NCBI GenBank assembly: GCA_907165135.1
Contig: OU015569.1
Span: 12,400,001 to 12,464,000, forward strand
From: Oikopleura dioica
Taxonomy: Eukaryota > Animalia > Chordata
Direction: 5' to 3'
Length of the DNA stretch: 64,000 nucleotides
The notes under the pieces are model-generated. The model ran no database searches and was not told the origin of the DNA. It was given only the letters and a program-made list of their open reading frames with translations. Both the position numbers and the translations under genes were made by a program. Within the stretch, counting starts at the first letter, position 1. Every line of letters begins with the position of its first letter. Below are positions 45,401 through 57,242 of this stretch, in pieces.

Positions 45401-47925
45401 GCTCTTGCTGGAAGGAAGTGAGTCGTACGGAAATGATATATTCGTACTTTTCCGGCAAATGCTTCGACAGGACGTGGTAGTCTTTTCGCTGGACGCAGCC
45501 GGACAGGAGGTTATGCAGGACGTGTGCGCGACGCTTCATTATCGTCACATCGTACTAAATAACTCGAAAATTAAGGGCGTATCCATCGTTTTTTTACTTT
45601 TACGAGGTAGATATCTAAGATATGGGTTGGATATGGTTTTCTACTGAGGCAATAAAAAAGGGTGTAGGCGCGAGGGATGTTTTTGGCTTATTTGCACATG
45701 ATTCCCGCAAAGCGCGCGCTAATAGCTCCGGATTACTGATTCTTACCACTCATTCAATGATTCTCATTAAACCCCATGAGCGAAGTTTTGTAGAGAATTG
45801 TCTGGGCTTTTCAGTGAATGTAATTATAATTTAATATCTTGAAAAATGAAAGTGCTGAATCCCTTTGAAGTTGAACTTCTCTTTTCGGCCATAGCGACTG
45901 AATTACAAATGATAAAGAAAAGCTGAAAACTGGAAAAGAAAGAGGAGTGTCCGTAGATTATGTCACCAAAAAGATTTTTCAAAATATCTCAAGTCGAAAA
46001 CGAATGAAGCGCTCGTGAAGTTGCGCAAAAGTATGCTCGACAAGGTCCCTTAATTAAAAGCCAGAGAAAAATACGATGGAAGATCAAGTAATATCGTGTT
46101 GAAATAAACTTACGCTGGTAGAATCAGCATGTTGCCCGTTTAAGATTGGATTGACGAATCTGTTTCTGAACTCCTTCAGCGTTCCGAGCAAATTGGGTTT
46201 CACAAAACTGGCCATGCAGTGGTACTCGATCAAGTTGTTTTGCAGCGGCGTTCCGGTCAAAACGCAGCGGCGACGAGTCCGGATCTTTGAGAGTACTTTC
46301 GCGATCGCCGCTTCCGAGTTTTTGAGTAAGTGTCCTTCGTCGCAGATGATGATGTCTGGCCCTGGATCGAGGAGGGCCGCTTTCTGTGCCTTTTTGTATT
46401 TCGGCACGCGGGTCCGATTGCCCGTGGCTAACATTCTGTACATGTCGTAGCCCATCACCATTATTCCGCCCTGATTCTGCCAGCGCTGCAGTTCCTGGAC
46501 ACGTTCTTTCGGCGTCGGCGAGTCGTTGAGCGAGTAGCAGGCCAGCTCCGGCCGCTGCAGTTCGTCCAGCCACTCGTGCAGCTCGCGAAGCCAGTTGTGC
46601 AGCGTGTTCATCGGGCAGAGGACGAGCACGTTTTTGCACCAGTCCAGATGCTCAGAGCAGAGAACAGCCTGGAGAAAGGAAAGGGTTTGGATGGTCTTGC
46701 CGAGGCCCATGCAGTGGGCAAGGATGCAGCCTTGGCCGTCGCTGCTCTTGCTCCTGTCGACGCGCTCGACCATGTTGGCGAACATGAACTTGACGCCGCC
46801 ATTCTGGTGCTCTTTTAACCGCCGCGCTATCCGATAGTCGACTGCTACGCGCGGCTCGTGCTGCAAAACAAGCCCTGTTTTCTCGACGCCCTTCTTTTCG
46901 CCATCTTTTTCGTCCTCGTTGAGTTTCTTTGCTTCTTCCTCTTCTTCCTTTTCGATTTCGAGCAGTCGCTGGCGCCGGTCTTTTTCTTCTTGCTCCGCTT
47001 TCACCGTTTCTTCGGCCAGCGAGTTGACTTCGATGATTTTGCGCAGTTTGTGACGCGTGTCTGGAACTTCTTCTTTGGGCTTTTCGACTTTTGGCTTCGG
47101 CTTGCGGCCGCGTTTTTTCTTGATCGGCTCGCCATTCTCGTCTGTAACCGGGCTCGACAAAAATTCAAGAGGAAACCTTTAAATTTTTTCATCTTAAAAA
47201 TAAATCAAGCTCAAAAGAGTATTGCGAGCCCGTGTTCTAGTTCCACAGGCTTCTTCGCTTTTTTCTTCCTTCCCCTTTTCTTCCTCGGCGAGGCGTCTCT
47301 TTCCGAGTCCGAGTCCGATTTCGCCGCTTCTTGATTTTCGTCCACCGCTTTTCGCTTTCTGCCGCGCTTCTTCTTCACCGGTTTCTCGTCTTTTTCTTCT
47401 TTCGACTTTTCGGCTTCGACTTTTTTGGCTTCTTCGAATTCAGACTCGTCGTTTTCTCCGCTTGACGAGGTTCCTCCTGAGTTTCCATCGCTTTCGCTTG
47501 ATGTTATTGCAGAGTCGTCAGATCCTGAAATTTTTTCTGTATTTTTGGACATTTTTAAGAGGATTTTTGGCCAATTAAGAGAAGCTTTGAACATTTTTAG
47601 ATAATATCTAGACTTTTTTAGACATTGCTGATATCATTTGACATCTGCGACCAAAGTTTTGACCATTTTTGGACGTTTTAGGACATTTAAGACCACTTTT
47701 GAACGGTTTATAGAGGGTTATCAAACCAACCGATTTGCTTGTGCTGATTTTGATCGAGCTGCTCCTCTTCCTCCAACTTCGCGATCTCCCCATTGCTCGT
47801 CACTGCATCTTCGGCTGGATTCGTTCCTCCCAGCGCCACGGGAGTTTCCACTACTGGGCCCTTGTTTCATCAGTAAGAACAACAATAATATAGCACGAAG
47901 AACTTACGATTGTGTCGGTGTCCAT
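42479..47925 (-). CDS. ATRX: ATRX SNF2-family chromatin remodeller (no ADD domain)
   Basis: [49 protein letters not shown]...[49 protein letters not shown]. Confidence 0.93.
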
Positions 47926-48106
47926 TCCCATTTTTTAAAAAAGCGCCTCAGCTCTTTTTCATTTTTTCATTTTTGAAAAACGGAACGGGCAAATTTTGTC
48001 TCTAAAAAGGAGAAAAGGGGTTGAGTCTTGTCTGTAGAATGCGATTTTAGGTACAGAAGGGAGTTGGTTTCGTTCGAATATAAATAGAAATTGGAAGAGA
48101 GCTGCT

Positions 48107-49091
48107 TTAGGCTTCCTCGAGTTCTGTCTTTTTTGGGCTCGCTATTTCGTATTTGAAATTTTTACGCTCCGCCGATTTCTTTCTACTTTATAATTATCGA
48201 AATATATATTCAGTTGACGCGTCGGATTTTCAGGCTTTCTTTATTTCAGCGACCCTTTCCAGAACTCCGTTGCAGTCAGCTGGATGCAAAAACACAATTG
48301 GTTTTCCGTGCGCTCCGATTTTCGGTTCCTGAAAAGAGTAGTTGAATTTTAAGGGGGTAGAAGGCGATTGACCTCATTTTCGACCAACAAAGGAGTTAGA
48401 CAAGGGTTTCAGCGAGTTACTAACTATGCAATGTATTATAGAACGGAAATCAAGAGTCTTGATTCAAGACTCTTGAAACGATTTTATACTAGCCTTAAAT
48501 TAAGACTCTTAATGAAGTGACACCCTTATTTGAAGGTAGGACATTTACCAAGAGAATGAAGCTTATTTTAAGAAGAAAAATAAGGACCCTTAACACACTG
48601 TCACTAATTGACACCTGTCAATAAGTTAATTCTAAGAAGAGCAGTTCCCTTGAATTACCTTGTTGAGAAGTCTAATTCCAGCGTCGGCGCAAGACTTCAT
48701 CGCTGCTCGAATGTCGTCGACTTCGATGCAGATGTGATGAATGCCGCCTTTTTTGTTCTTCTCCAAAAAGCCGGCGATCGGGCTTTTTTCGCCGAGAGGA
48801 TGGAGCAATTCGAGCTTCGTGTTCGGCAAGTTGACGAATACGGTGGTGACTCCGTGCTCTGGAAGGTCGTCTTTGCCGGAAACTTCGGCTCCGAGCGTGT
48901 CGCGGTAAAAAGCAGTAGACTCGTCTAAATCTGGAACGGCGATTGCGACGTGGTTCAGTCTTCCTAAAAAACGAGGTTGGAAAGAAGTGTCTCTCTTTTT
49001 GGAATTTTGACTGACCAAGAGTCCAGAGCTTCGCGTTGCTCCTTCTCGCAGCGGAGAGACAAGTTGACTGGAGCACGCGGCGAGACAGCAT
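48107..49091 (-). CDS. MCEE: Methylmalonyl-CoA epimerase, mitochondrial
   Basis: LNHVAIAVPDL, KLELLHPLG, GGIHHICIEVDDI, KIGAHGKP.VFLHP; terminal exon TELEEA* reached through a GA-AG intron. Confidence 0.93.
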
Positions 49092-49774
49092 CGCCCAGAC
49101 TGAAATAAAGCCCAAATTCAGACAAAATAACATAACAACCCAAAAATAATCGACCAGCGTTTCACAAAGCAATCAAATTCCGTTAAATAACTTAACTTCT
49201 GGGGGTTTCTCGAGGTCTTGGCTCGGCAAGCTGTGAAGAAAACCTGAGTCAGGGTTTGAAATTACCTCTACAATCTTTAGATTCTTTGGACCCTGACTCA
49301 GGTTTTCTACACTGGTTGCTCAGCCCTGCTCGAGGCTTCTTTTGCTTTTCGGTCGTTGAAAAAGAAATAAGACGCGTTTTTTAGTGTTCCTTGGTTTATA
49401 TGAATTTATAATTGATGCTCGAGCAAATAAAAGGACTACAGAATCATTGAAGAAAATAAAAACGAAAGAAAAGATTTTTCGTGAATTCGCACAGTTGAAG
49501 AATTTTCGAACTTTCATTGAACGAAGAAATTGAATTCCAGAAATTTGATTATAAAAACGACTAGACGTACGAAAAGAGGGTAAATAGCGCCAGAAGTATA
49601 ATTTTTTCGAAGTGAACTTTTCAGAATTTTGAATTTTTCAATTTGAGAATTCCAAAATTCGAGAATTCGAAACAGGCAAAGAAGGTGATAAGAAATACAA
49701 TTGATTAATAATGCTAGAAAAGAGAAGACTTGAAAGGCTAAAAAGACACCAGAAGATGAATTCGATCTTGATTT

Positions 49775-51059
49775 TCATTTCGGGCAGTTTTGGCAGGCTT
49801 TCGCCACGACGCCCAAGTAGTTTGGAATGCCGCTTTTCGCCGCCCAGTTGATCAGCGAAGAAGGGATCTTCCCGCCAGGACGGTCTATGCTAAAACAATA
49901 CTGTTAGTTTTACACTCCTGTTTTGCGAGAAATCAGGGTAAAATTCAGAGTCTGAGTGATTCTGAATGACGACAGTTTTTGATCAGTTACCCTATTTCAT
50001 CCCTGTTTTTGGCTGTTTTTTTCCTGTAAAACAGGTCCTGTAACCCTGTATTCTGCCCTGTGCTGAGCTCGGTAACCTGTGTAAAAAGCCTGAGTCGGGG
50101 TCCTGAAAGTTTTTAGATAAGCTCTTTCAGGAGCCTGACTCAGGTTTTCAACACAGGTTGCCGAGCCCAGGCCTTGTCTGTCTGTGAAAATCAGTCTAAG
50201 TTTTACCCTGATTTCTATAGAAACATCCCTGTTATCATTAACTTTTCCCTGTTCTCTACTCTCCCGATCTTCAATAAAGTTGTCATAATCGTAGGGAAAC
50301 GATGAATTACCTGTGCATGTAGATTTTCGTTCCATTTTTGGACTTCTTCAGAACCATGAATTGCTTGAATCCTTCAACGCGGACCTTGTTTTTATGAGGC
50401 GGAACAAGCTCTTTTCCAGAATCGTAAGTTTTCGACAAAATCACGATGTACTCGTCCTCTTCTTCTTCTCCCTTCACTTCTTCAATCCCCGTTTTTAAAA
50501 ATAGAAAAGTGCGAAAACAAACCTCTGAATTCGCGGCAGTAAACGTAGTCGCGGTTGCTCACCATCGGAATGCCGTATTTGACGTCCCAGTAGATGATGT
50601 CCAGATTGTTGTTGGATTCGAGCATTTCGATTTTGGCGACGTAGGAGTCCCACTTCTTCCGGTAATCAACGTCCATCAGCGTCTTCTTCACCACTTCGGG
50701 CTCGTACTCGATCTCGCCGAAGACCTAGACAATTTTGCTTTTTAAACCGCCCTTGTTTCAATTTACGGAAAACTAGAATTTACCCTAACGCGACATACAT
50801 TTCTGTGTGACTAAATGTCCTCTAAGTCAAATAATTAGCAGTCGATCAAAACATTTCTTTGCGAAAAAAACAATTAATCGAAAATAACAAAAAAATAGCT
50901 TACCTTCCACTGAAAAAGACCAGTTTCCTTGTCGAGCCAGGCGTAGACCTTGATCTGGTTCTTGTCGACAAAGAGCTTCCATTCTTGCGACTCGGGCTTT
51001 CCCAGCTTCAATTCCCGGACCGGATAGTCGAAGTCTTCGGCGGAGAAGTGTACACTCAT
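49775..51059 (-). CDS. PCTP: Phosphatidylcholine transfer protein (START domain)
   Basis: MDVDYRKKWDSYV, YWDVKYGIPMVSNRDYVY, PGGKIPSSLINWAAKSGIP. Confidence 0.88.
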
Positions 51060-51874
51060 TTCTTCGGCTCAGTTCTCTGCAGCGGATCAGCCAGCAGCGC
51101 CCACTGAGCTCGCGCTTGTCCGCCCACGCGCCTTATTTTTCAAGTTGCAATTATTGCTTTTGAAACTCAATCTAGAACTTAAAAGAAATAAACAGAACAG
51201 TATATTAGTGTAAATAAAATAAATAGTGTATAACAGGTTTTGAAAACGTGCATTTGCAAATTACATGATGATTTCAAAAAAAAATTTCGCGGGCCCGAAA
51301 ATCGTCAAAAAACTTCTTGTCTAGTTTTGTAGAGCTCGTCGAGACGAGTCGAATGATATATAAAACTCCTCATGGTTTTAAGATTTTCCGCCAAAAAAAG
51401 TGATAAGAAGGTGTCATATCAAAAATTTTCCGACCAGCGCCGTTTTTGTTCTAGAAAAGCTGAGGTCATGCTTGACCCCGGAAAATGATCATCATGATCT
51501 GTTCTATTACAGCAAAAAATTTCAGCCCCTCATCATATACTCAGCCGAATTTATCGTTAAATTTCATTTTCCTCGGAGAATTGGACCGAAAGTGGTCCAG
51601 AAATTAGGAACGTGCAGCGACAACAAAATGCACTAATTTGCTAGAAGACAGATATACTGTATATCATATACATGCAGGGAAGTTATTGCCATTTTCGACT
51701 TGATTCTATCAATTTCTGCCTGGAGATTTCTGAAAATAATATTCAATAAATTGCCTGTCTGGTCAAATAATTGCCGATCGCCTTTCAACCATAAACAATA
51801 CAACAGATAAGGAACGTACCTAAACACATTTTCTTTTTTTCGGAGAATAAATCCAAATACGACTTTTTATCTTA

Positions 51875-53816
51875 CAGTCGAAACGCACAATTCCGGAACT
51901 TTTTTTTTCAGCAAAAAGGGCAAAATGTCCGGAATTGTGCGGATTCTAGATGGAAAAAAATTTTTTTTTCAAAATGTTTGTTTTTCATTCAAAACGTACA
52001 ATGTCGAGAAAAAAGCAGAGAAAACGGCCTGGATTCACCCGTGTCGATGCAGAATTCAAGCAAAGGCAATTTTACTGTAGATTAATCAAAGCAGGCGCCG
52101 GATACAAGGAAGTCAACAAGCATTATGAGAAGAAAGAACAGAAAAAGCTTGCTACTTCAACATTCTACGACTGGAAAAATAAAGCAGATGAGATTCTGGC
52201 TGCTGGAAGGATTGCGAACCGTTGCCGACCAAACTACAAGCAGACTGACATTCGGAAAGAGTTTGACGATGATCTGTTGGCTGTAATTGAATCTTCGACT
52301 GTAGACATTGAGGGCGTTGTAGGCCTGCAAGATGAAGCTCGTAAACTTGCAGCTACGGAGAAATATAAAGACAAGGAAGAAATTACGTCAATGTCTTTCC
52401 ATCAAGATTACTGCAACCGAATAATCAAGTCGTTCAATTTGAAAATTACACGGTCAGTTAGTACGATGGTCATTCTTTCTGATGGGGAGATGAAAATGGA
52501 ACTAGCTCGGCTGATGGCAATGTGCAGTGGTTTTGATGATGGGAACATTTGGAACTTAGACGAATCCGCCTGTTTCATTGCGTATGCTCCAGAAAAACGT
52601 TTAATCATTCGCAAAAATGAATTTTATCGAAAATCAAAAGCGAAAGATGAGCGCCTTCGCTTCACCCTTACTCCGATCGTTTCCGCTGATGGCGATGGAT
52701 CCTTTTTACCAGGGGTCATCGTCAAAGGTACTCAAAACTATAACATTTACCTTTTTCCTTTATTTTATTTTACCAAAAGAAAAATACAGCATTTATCAAT
52801 CAATTTATGAAAAATAACAAAAAGAAATTCTGGGCCATAAGAACCTTGGTCCGGAAATTTCTTGGCCATAAGATAACTTGGTCTGGAAATTTCTGGGCCA
52901 TAAGACCTTGGTCCGGAATATAAAATTTTGAATATATTTTTAGCAAATAAAATGACCACTTGGTCTGGGCTGGAAAGCTCCCGTACTTTTGTGTCCAATG
53001 GCACAACGATGGTGGCGAAAAAATTTCCGGGTTTCGTTGCGTACTCCAACCAGAACGGCTGGATGACCCGGGAAATTTTCAAGGAGGAGCTTAAGAGATT
53101 CTCTCGGTTCTTGGCCCGGGTAAAACCGGGTCAAAAGAACTTGCTCCTCCTTGATAATTTCTCGGGTCATCTGAATGTTGACCCTTCTGCGCTTGGAGTT
53201 ACGAACGTAACCCGTGGTTTTTTCAAACCCGGGACAACTGGGGCTTATCAGCCTCTTGATCAAGTCTTCTTTGCCTGTCTTAAAGGCGGGGGTTAGTCAA
53301 AACTTCGTTGAAAAAATAATCAAAGATTAATTTATTTATTGTATATAAAATTATAAAATTTTGATGATCCTCTCAATAAAAGAAAGTACCGAAAATGGCT
53401 GCGGTCTTTCCGGCAAGAGCACCAAAAGACTTCGCCCGGACTTGAGTTGGGAGTCAAAACAGCAGTCAAGCTCGCCTCCGAAATTTCTCCCAATATTATA
53501 CGGGCATGTTGGCGAAAATCCGGCATTCCTCGATTCCAAAAGTATCAGGTATAATCAAAACATAATTACTTTCTTTGTTTACTTATCAATTTAGGAAGCG
53601 CCTATCGATAATGAAGATGAAGAGCTCCAGCGCCAACAGATCGAAAAAGTGGAAGAAGAGCTGCTTATGGCCCGGGATTTTGCGCAACTTGATCTTGGAG
53701 ATGATCGCGAGCAAATCGATGAACAACCAGAAAAAGCCATGGAAATTGCACCTCAAAAGAAGCCAGAAAAGCCGAAGAAACAAGCAAGCATTCTTAGTTT
53801 TTTTGCAAAAAAATGA
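51875..53816 (+). mobile_element. pogo/Tigger-family transposase gene (CDS about 52001-53816, 3 introns) with left TIR only
   Basis: TA|CAGTCGAAACGCACAATTCCGGAAC; two HTH-like segments; NLDES...LLLDNFSGH...QPLD (DD34D); C-terminal QASILSFF PIP box. Confidence 0.88.
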
Positions 53817-54022
53817 TCGAGTAAAATAAAAATTTCAGTTAAAATTTTTGGTCGAATTCTCCGTCTCAAGCGCGAAATTTGATCACGAAGGGGGTCTGTG
53901 TGTGTGAAATGCTTGCGACGGTGTCTGCTCGAAAAGAGGAAGATTGGGAGAATTATAAAAATCGGTAACTTTGAGAAAAAATAATTTGAATTTGATAAAT
54001 AAGGTTTCTTGCCAAAGAACCG

Positions 54023-54490
54023 ATGAGTTCCACATTTATTTCGGCTGAGCATTGGGTCCCCTATTCTTCATTCGGTTCACCTATTCTTCCTACAGCTTCG
54101 AAGCTTGGCGCTTCTACTACGTCAACTACTACTACAGCTACAGCTACTTCGATTCCCTCGCTTGAATCGAAGCCATCTTTCTTTGAAGAGTTCGAAATTG
54201 ATCCCGAGATCGAATTTGTTGAAGGTTCAAAGGAGGCAGTTAGTCGTCGTCTTGCCCTTGATTTGGTAGAATATATTTGATGATTTGTTAATTAAAAATT
54301 TCGCAAAGCTAAACTCCAAGAAGATCTCGAAAAAACTCAAAAAGCGTGTCGTGAGAAAAAATTTAGACGAGGTCTTGGCTGAAAAAACCGTCGACAATCA
54401 CTACAAATGCGGACGCTTGATGGTAGTTAACGATATCAGCCTGTCGAAAGCCGCGCGAGTTGGCGACTGTACGTACACATTGAAAAAAGA
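54023..54490 (+). CDS. Possible small gene with Ser/Thr-rich N-terminus
   Basis: Two ORF blocks (54023-54280, 54285-54490) with coding-like composition, but frame continuity is unclear. Confidence 0.25.
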
Positions 54491-54531
54491 GGTAAAAAAA
54501 AGGTATAAGAGAGAAGAAAACCCCTTTTTTC

Positions 54532-54870
54532 TTAGTTTTCGTCAGTGCATTCTGAAGATATACAGCTGCATTCCTTGGCGACTGTAAGCTCGTATGTGAA
54601 TGATGAGCCGTCTGGGCAAATGATATCGACGAGCTTTGTATCGGTCTCGGTGCAGATGCAGCAAGAGCATTGCTTATGGTATTTGTTCATGGCTTCTGAC
54701 CAGATAGAAGTTGAAGTGCATTCACCAGAGCAAAGAGTCATCTCGACGACCTCCTTGGAGATGCATCCATCAGCTTCGACGTAGTCGGTGTAGTCGACCT
54801 TGACGCCGCATCCAGAAGTTGTTTCTCGCTCGCAAGTGTCTTTAGCTTTGAGCTCCAGTTCGAGAAAAAA
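54532..54870 (-). CDS. C-terminal cystine-knot (CTCK) exon, mucin/VWF-like; upstream exons not found
   Basis: GC...C.S.E.V....CSGEC.S......CSCC.......V...CPDGS...Y......C.C cysteine spacing typical of CTCK domains. Confidence 0.75.
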   Translation of the reverse strand, partial: FFLELELKAKDTCERETTSGCGVKVDYTDYVEADGCISKEVVEMTLCSGECTSTSIWSEAMNKYHKQCSCCICTETDTKLVDIICPDGSSFTYELTVAKECSCISSECTDEN

Positions 54871-57128
54871 AGTATCTGTAGCTTGGTTTTCCTCCCTCTC
54901 TTTCACTCTGGGTCTCAATACTCAATATATATTTATAAATTATTATTAATAAAATCGAGATTCAAAACGTTTGATTTTCAAGTCCTAAGTGAAATTTACT
55001 CAGGGTTTGATAAACTTTATCGGATCAAGGATCAGGTTTTCTTTTATTGTGATTCTCAATTTTACACAGGCCCGGGCCTCTTTACTTGGGACTCCTGAGT
55101 CACGTGGTTTTAACACAGGACAGGTTGCAGAGCCAAGTTCCTGCTCAGACTCGTATTTTTTGGCACAATCTATTTCGGCAGGAGAAAACGACAGTTTTGC
55201 AGGTAAATTCGACTTCTGAAGCACAGTTACAGTTGCTTTCTGATTTGCGCGTTTCTCTCGTTCGTCGGGGTCTTCTCCGGGTCGATTTTTGCCGCAACCC
55301 TCGTTTCCTCCTTGATTTCAATCACTTATTTATTTCACGCTTTTTGGAAAAAAGTTACCGTCGGGCGCATTCTCCGTCCGTAGAGCCGGTACTCCCCGAG
55401 AAACTCTTTTATTGACACTTCAAAAGCTCTAAAAATTAAAAACAACTTTCGCTAGAAAATTAAAATACTCGAAATGAATTCTCTCCTCCTCGTTGTTTGG
55501 CAACATGACTTTGAAGATGCTCTGGAGTTCTTCTTCTGAAGTGAGCGGCAGGATCTCTTTGAAAGCTCTCTTGACGTCCGCGAAGGAGAGGAAGCCGTCT
55601 TTGTCCTTGTCGAAGTAGTCGAAGATCAGCTTCATCTCGCAATCTGCGACTTTGCTTACTAAAGTGCAGCTGGAAAAAGAAACTGACCTGAGTAATCGTC
55701 GGTGGAAATAATGTCCATATCAAAATGGCGCGATTTGATCACGTGCGCCCATTTGTTCTTCTTCGGCGAGTTGGTCAACTGCTACAAATGCGCATTAACC
55801 TCAAACTCGCCATACTGTATATTTTCTTAAACGCTTCGTTTTACTCTTGCATCATGTAAGAAGCAAGCGTCAACGCAGATTTTGATGGTCAAAAGAAAAT
55901 TTCAACTCTTCTCTTTTTCTCACGAATAAAGAAGAAAAGAAGCTTCTCCTTCGAAAGAAGTAAGGTTCGGTGCATCTTACTGAAGACGGGCGAGTGGCGG
56001 CAGGCTTATTTTCCATCTGCGACATAGTCGGGCGATTATCTCCTCTGAATGCAAATCTGAGTTGCCGTTTCTAACTGTGACAGCTTGCAGCAGAACAGGT
56101 CATCTTCTGGGGAGTGTTGGTTTGTCAATCTCTCTGCCATGAATAAAACAAAGGACGAAATGGCGCCTTCGGAATCAACAGGATTTCGCTCTGAATGCTT
56201 AATCCGATGGAAGCGATCCTCTCATTAGCCTGGCTTTTACTCTCGCGATTTGCGATTGAGCACAAATCTACATTTTCCCTACAGTCCTTCAACTCGATGA
56301 ATGCTGCTATGAATATAATTGGTTACAGTGGGATATCATTTTCAAGCGTCCGATAGACTCTTGAGCCCTGCCGAATTCGAAGCTGACGTGGACGACATTG
56401 ACAACAACGCGGAAATCAAAACCTCGGCGAAGAAGTTGCGAATGGATCAAAGCGGAATGGTGCGATTCAAAGGATACTGAGCTTGGGTCCGCTGGAATAT
56501 AAGCTACATAACTTATGGGCGATGACGAAGAAAAGCGAGTCCTTCTCCATTCTTAAAATAAAAGAGTTTCTCGGGGAGTACCGGCTCTACGGACGGAGAA
56601 TGCGCCCCATGGTAACTTTTCTCCAAAAAGTGTGAAATAAATAAGTGATTGAAATCAAGGAGGAAACGAGGGTTGTGGCAACAATCGACCCGGAAAAGAC
56701 CCCGACTATTAGTCTCGTTAAACGGGGAAACGCGCAAATCAGAAAGCAACTGTAACTGCTTCAGAAGTCGAATTTACCTGCAAAACTGTCGTTTTCTCCT
56801 GCCGAAATAGATTGTGCCAAAAAATACGAGTCTGAGCAGGAACTTGGCTCTGCAACCCTTCCTGAGTTAAAACCACCTGAGTCAGGAATCCCGATTTAAG
56901 AGGCCCTGGCCTGTGTAAATAAAAGAAAACCTGAGTTTCCTTTATCCTGAGTTTATCAAACCCTGAGTAAGTTTCACTCAGGACTTGAAAATCAAAAGTT
57001 TCGAATCTCGATTTTATTAATAATAATTTATAAATATATATTTAGTATTGAGATACAGAGTGAAAGAGAGGGAGGAAAACGAAGCTACAGATACTTTTTT
57101 TTCGAACTGGAGCTCAAAGCTAAAGACG
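54834..57128. repeat. Inverted duplication, arms 54834-55413 and 56557-57128
   Basis: Arms are reverse complements with scattered mismatches; no TSD found. Confidence 0.9.
55322..56025 (-). CDS. Small EF-hand calcium-binding protein, 4 exons
   Basis: FDYFDKDKDGFLSFADV canonical EF loop; exons join by GT-AG from MSQMENKP... to ...KREINK*. Confidence 0.75.
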
Positions 57129-57242
57129 CTAGTCAATCTTTTTTTGAAGACGCAATTTCTAGCAGGTGGCAAGTGGTTTAGGTAAAAACGAAAAACATAT
57201 TTTGTGCGGCGATTTGACAGATAAATAAATTGACTAGTACAG

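Noticed and set aside
46124-46837. Several overlapping ORFs in alternative frames and strands, likewise at 19137-19646 and 23699-24139
   Set aside because: Shadows of GC-rich coding exons of ATRX, ANAPC2 and the transporter.
54460-54475. CGACTGTA as the missing right TIR of the pogo element
   Set aside because: Only 6 bp match the 25-bp left TIR; a similar word recurs at about 54578.
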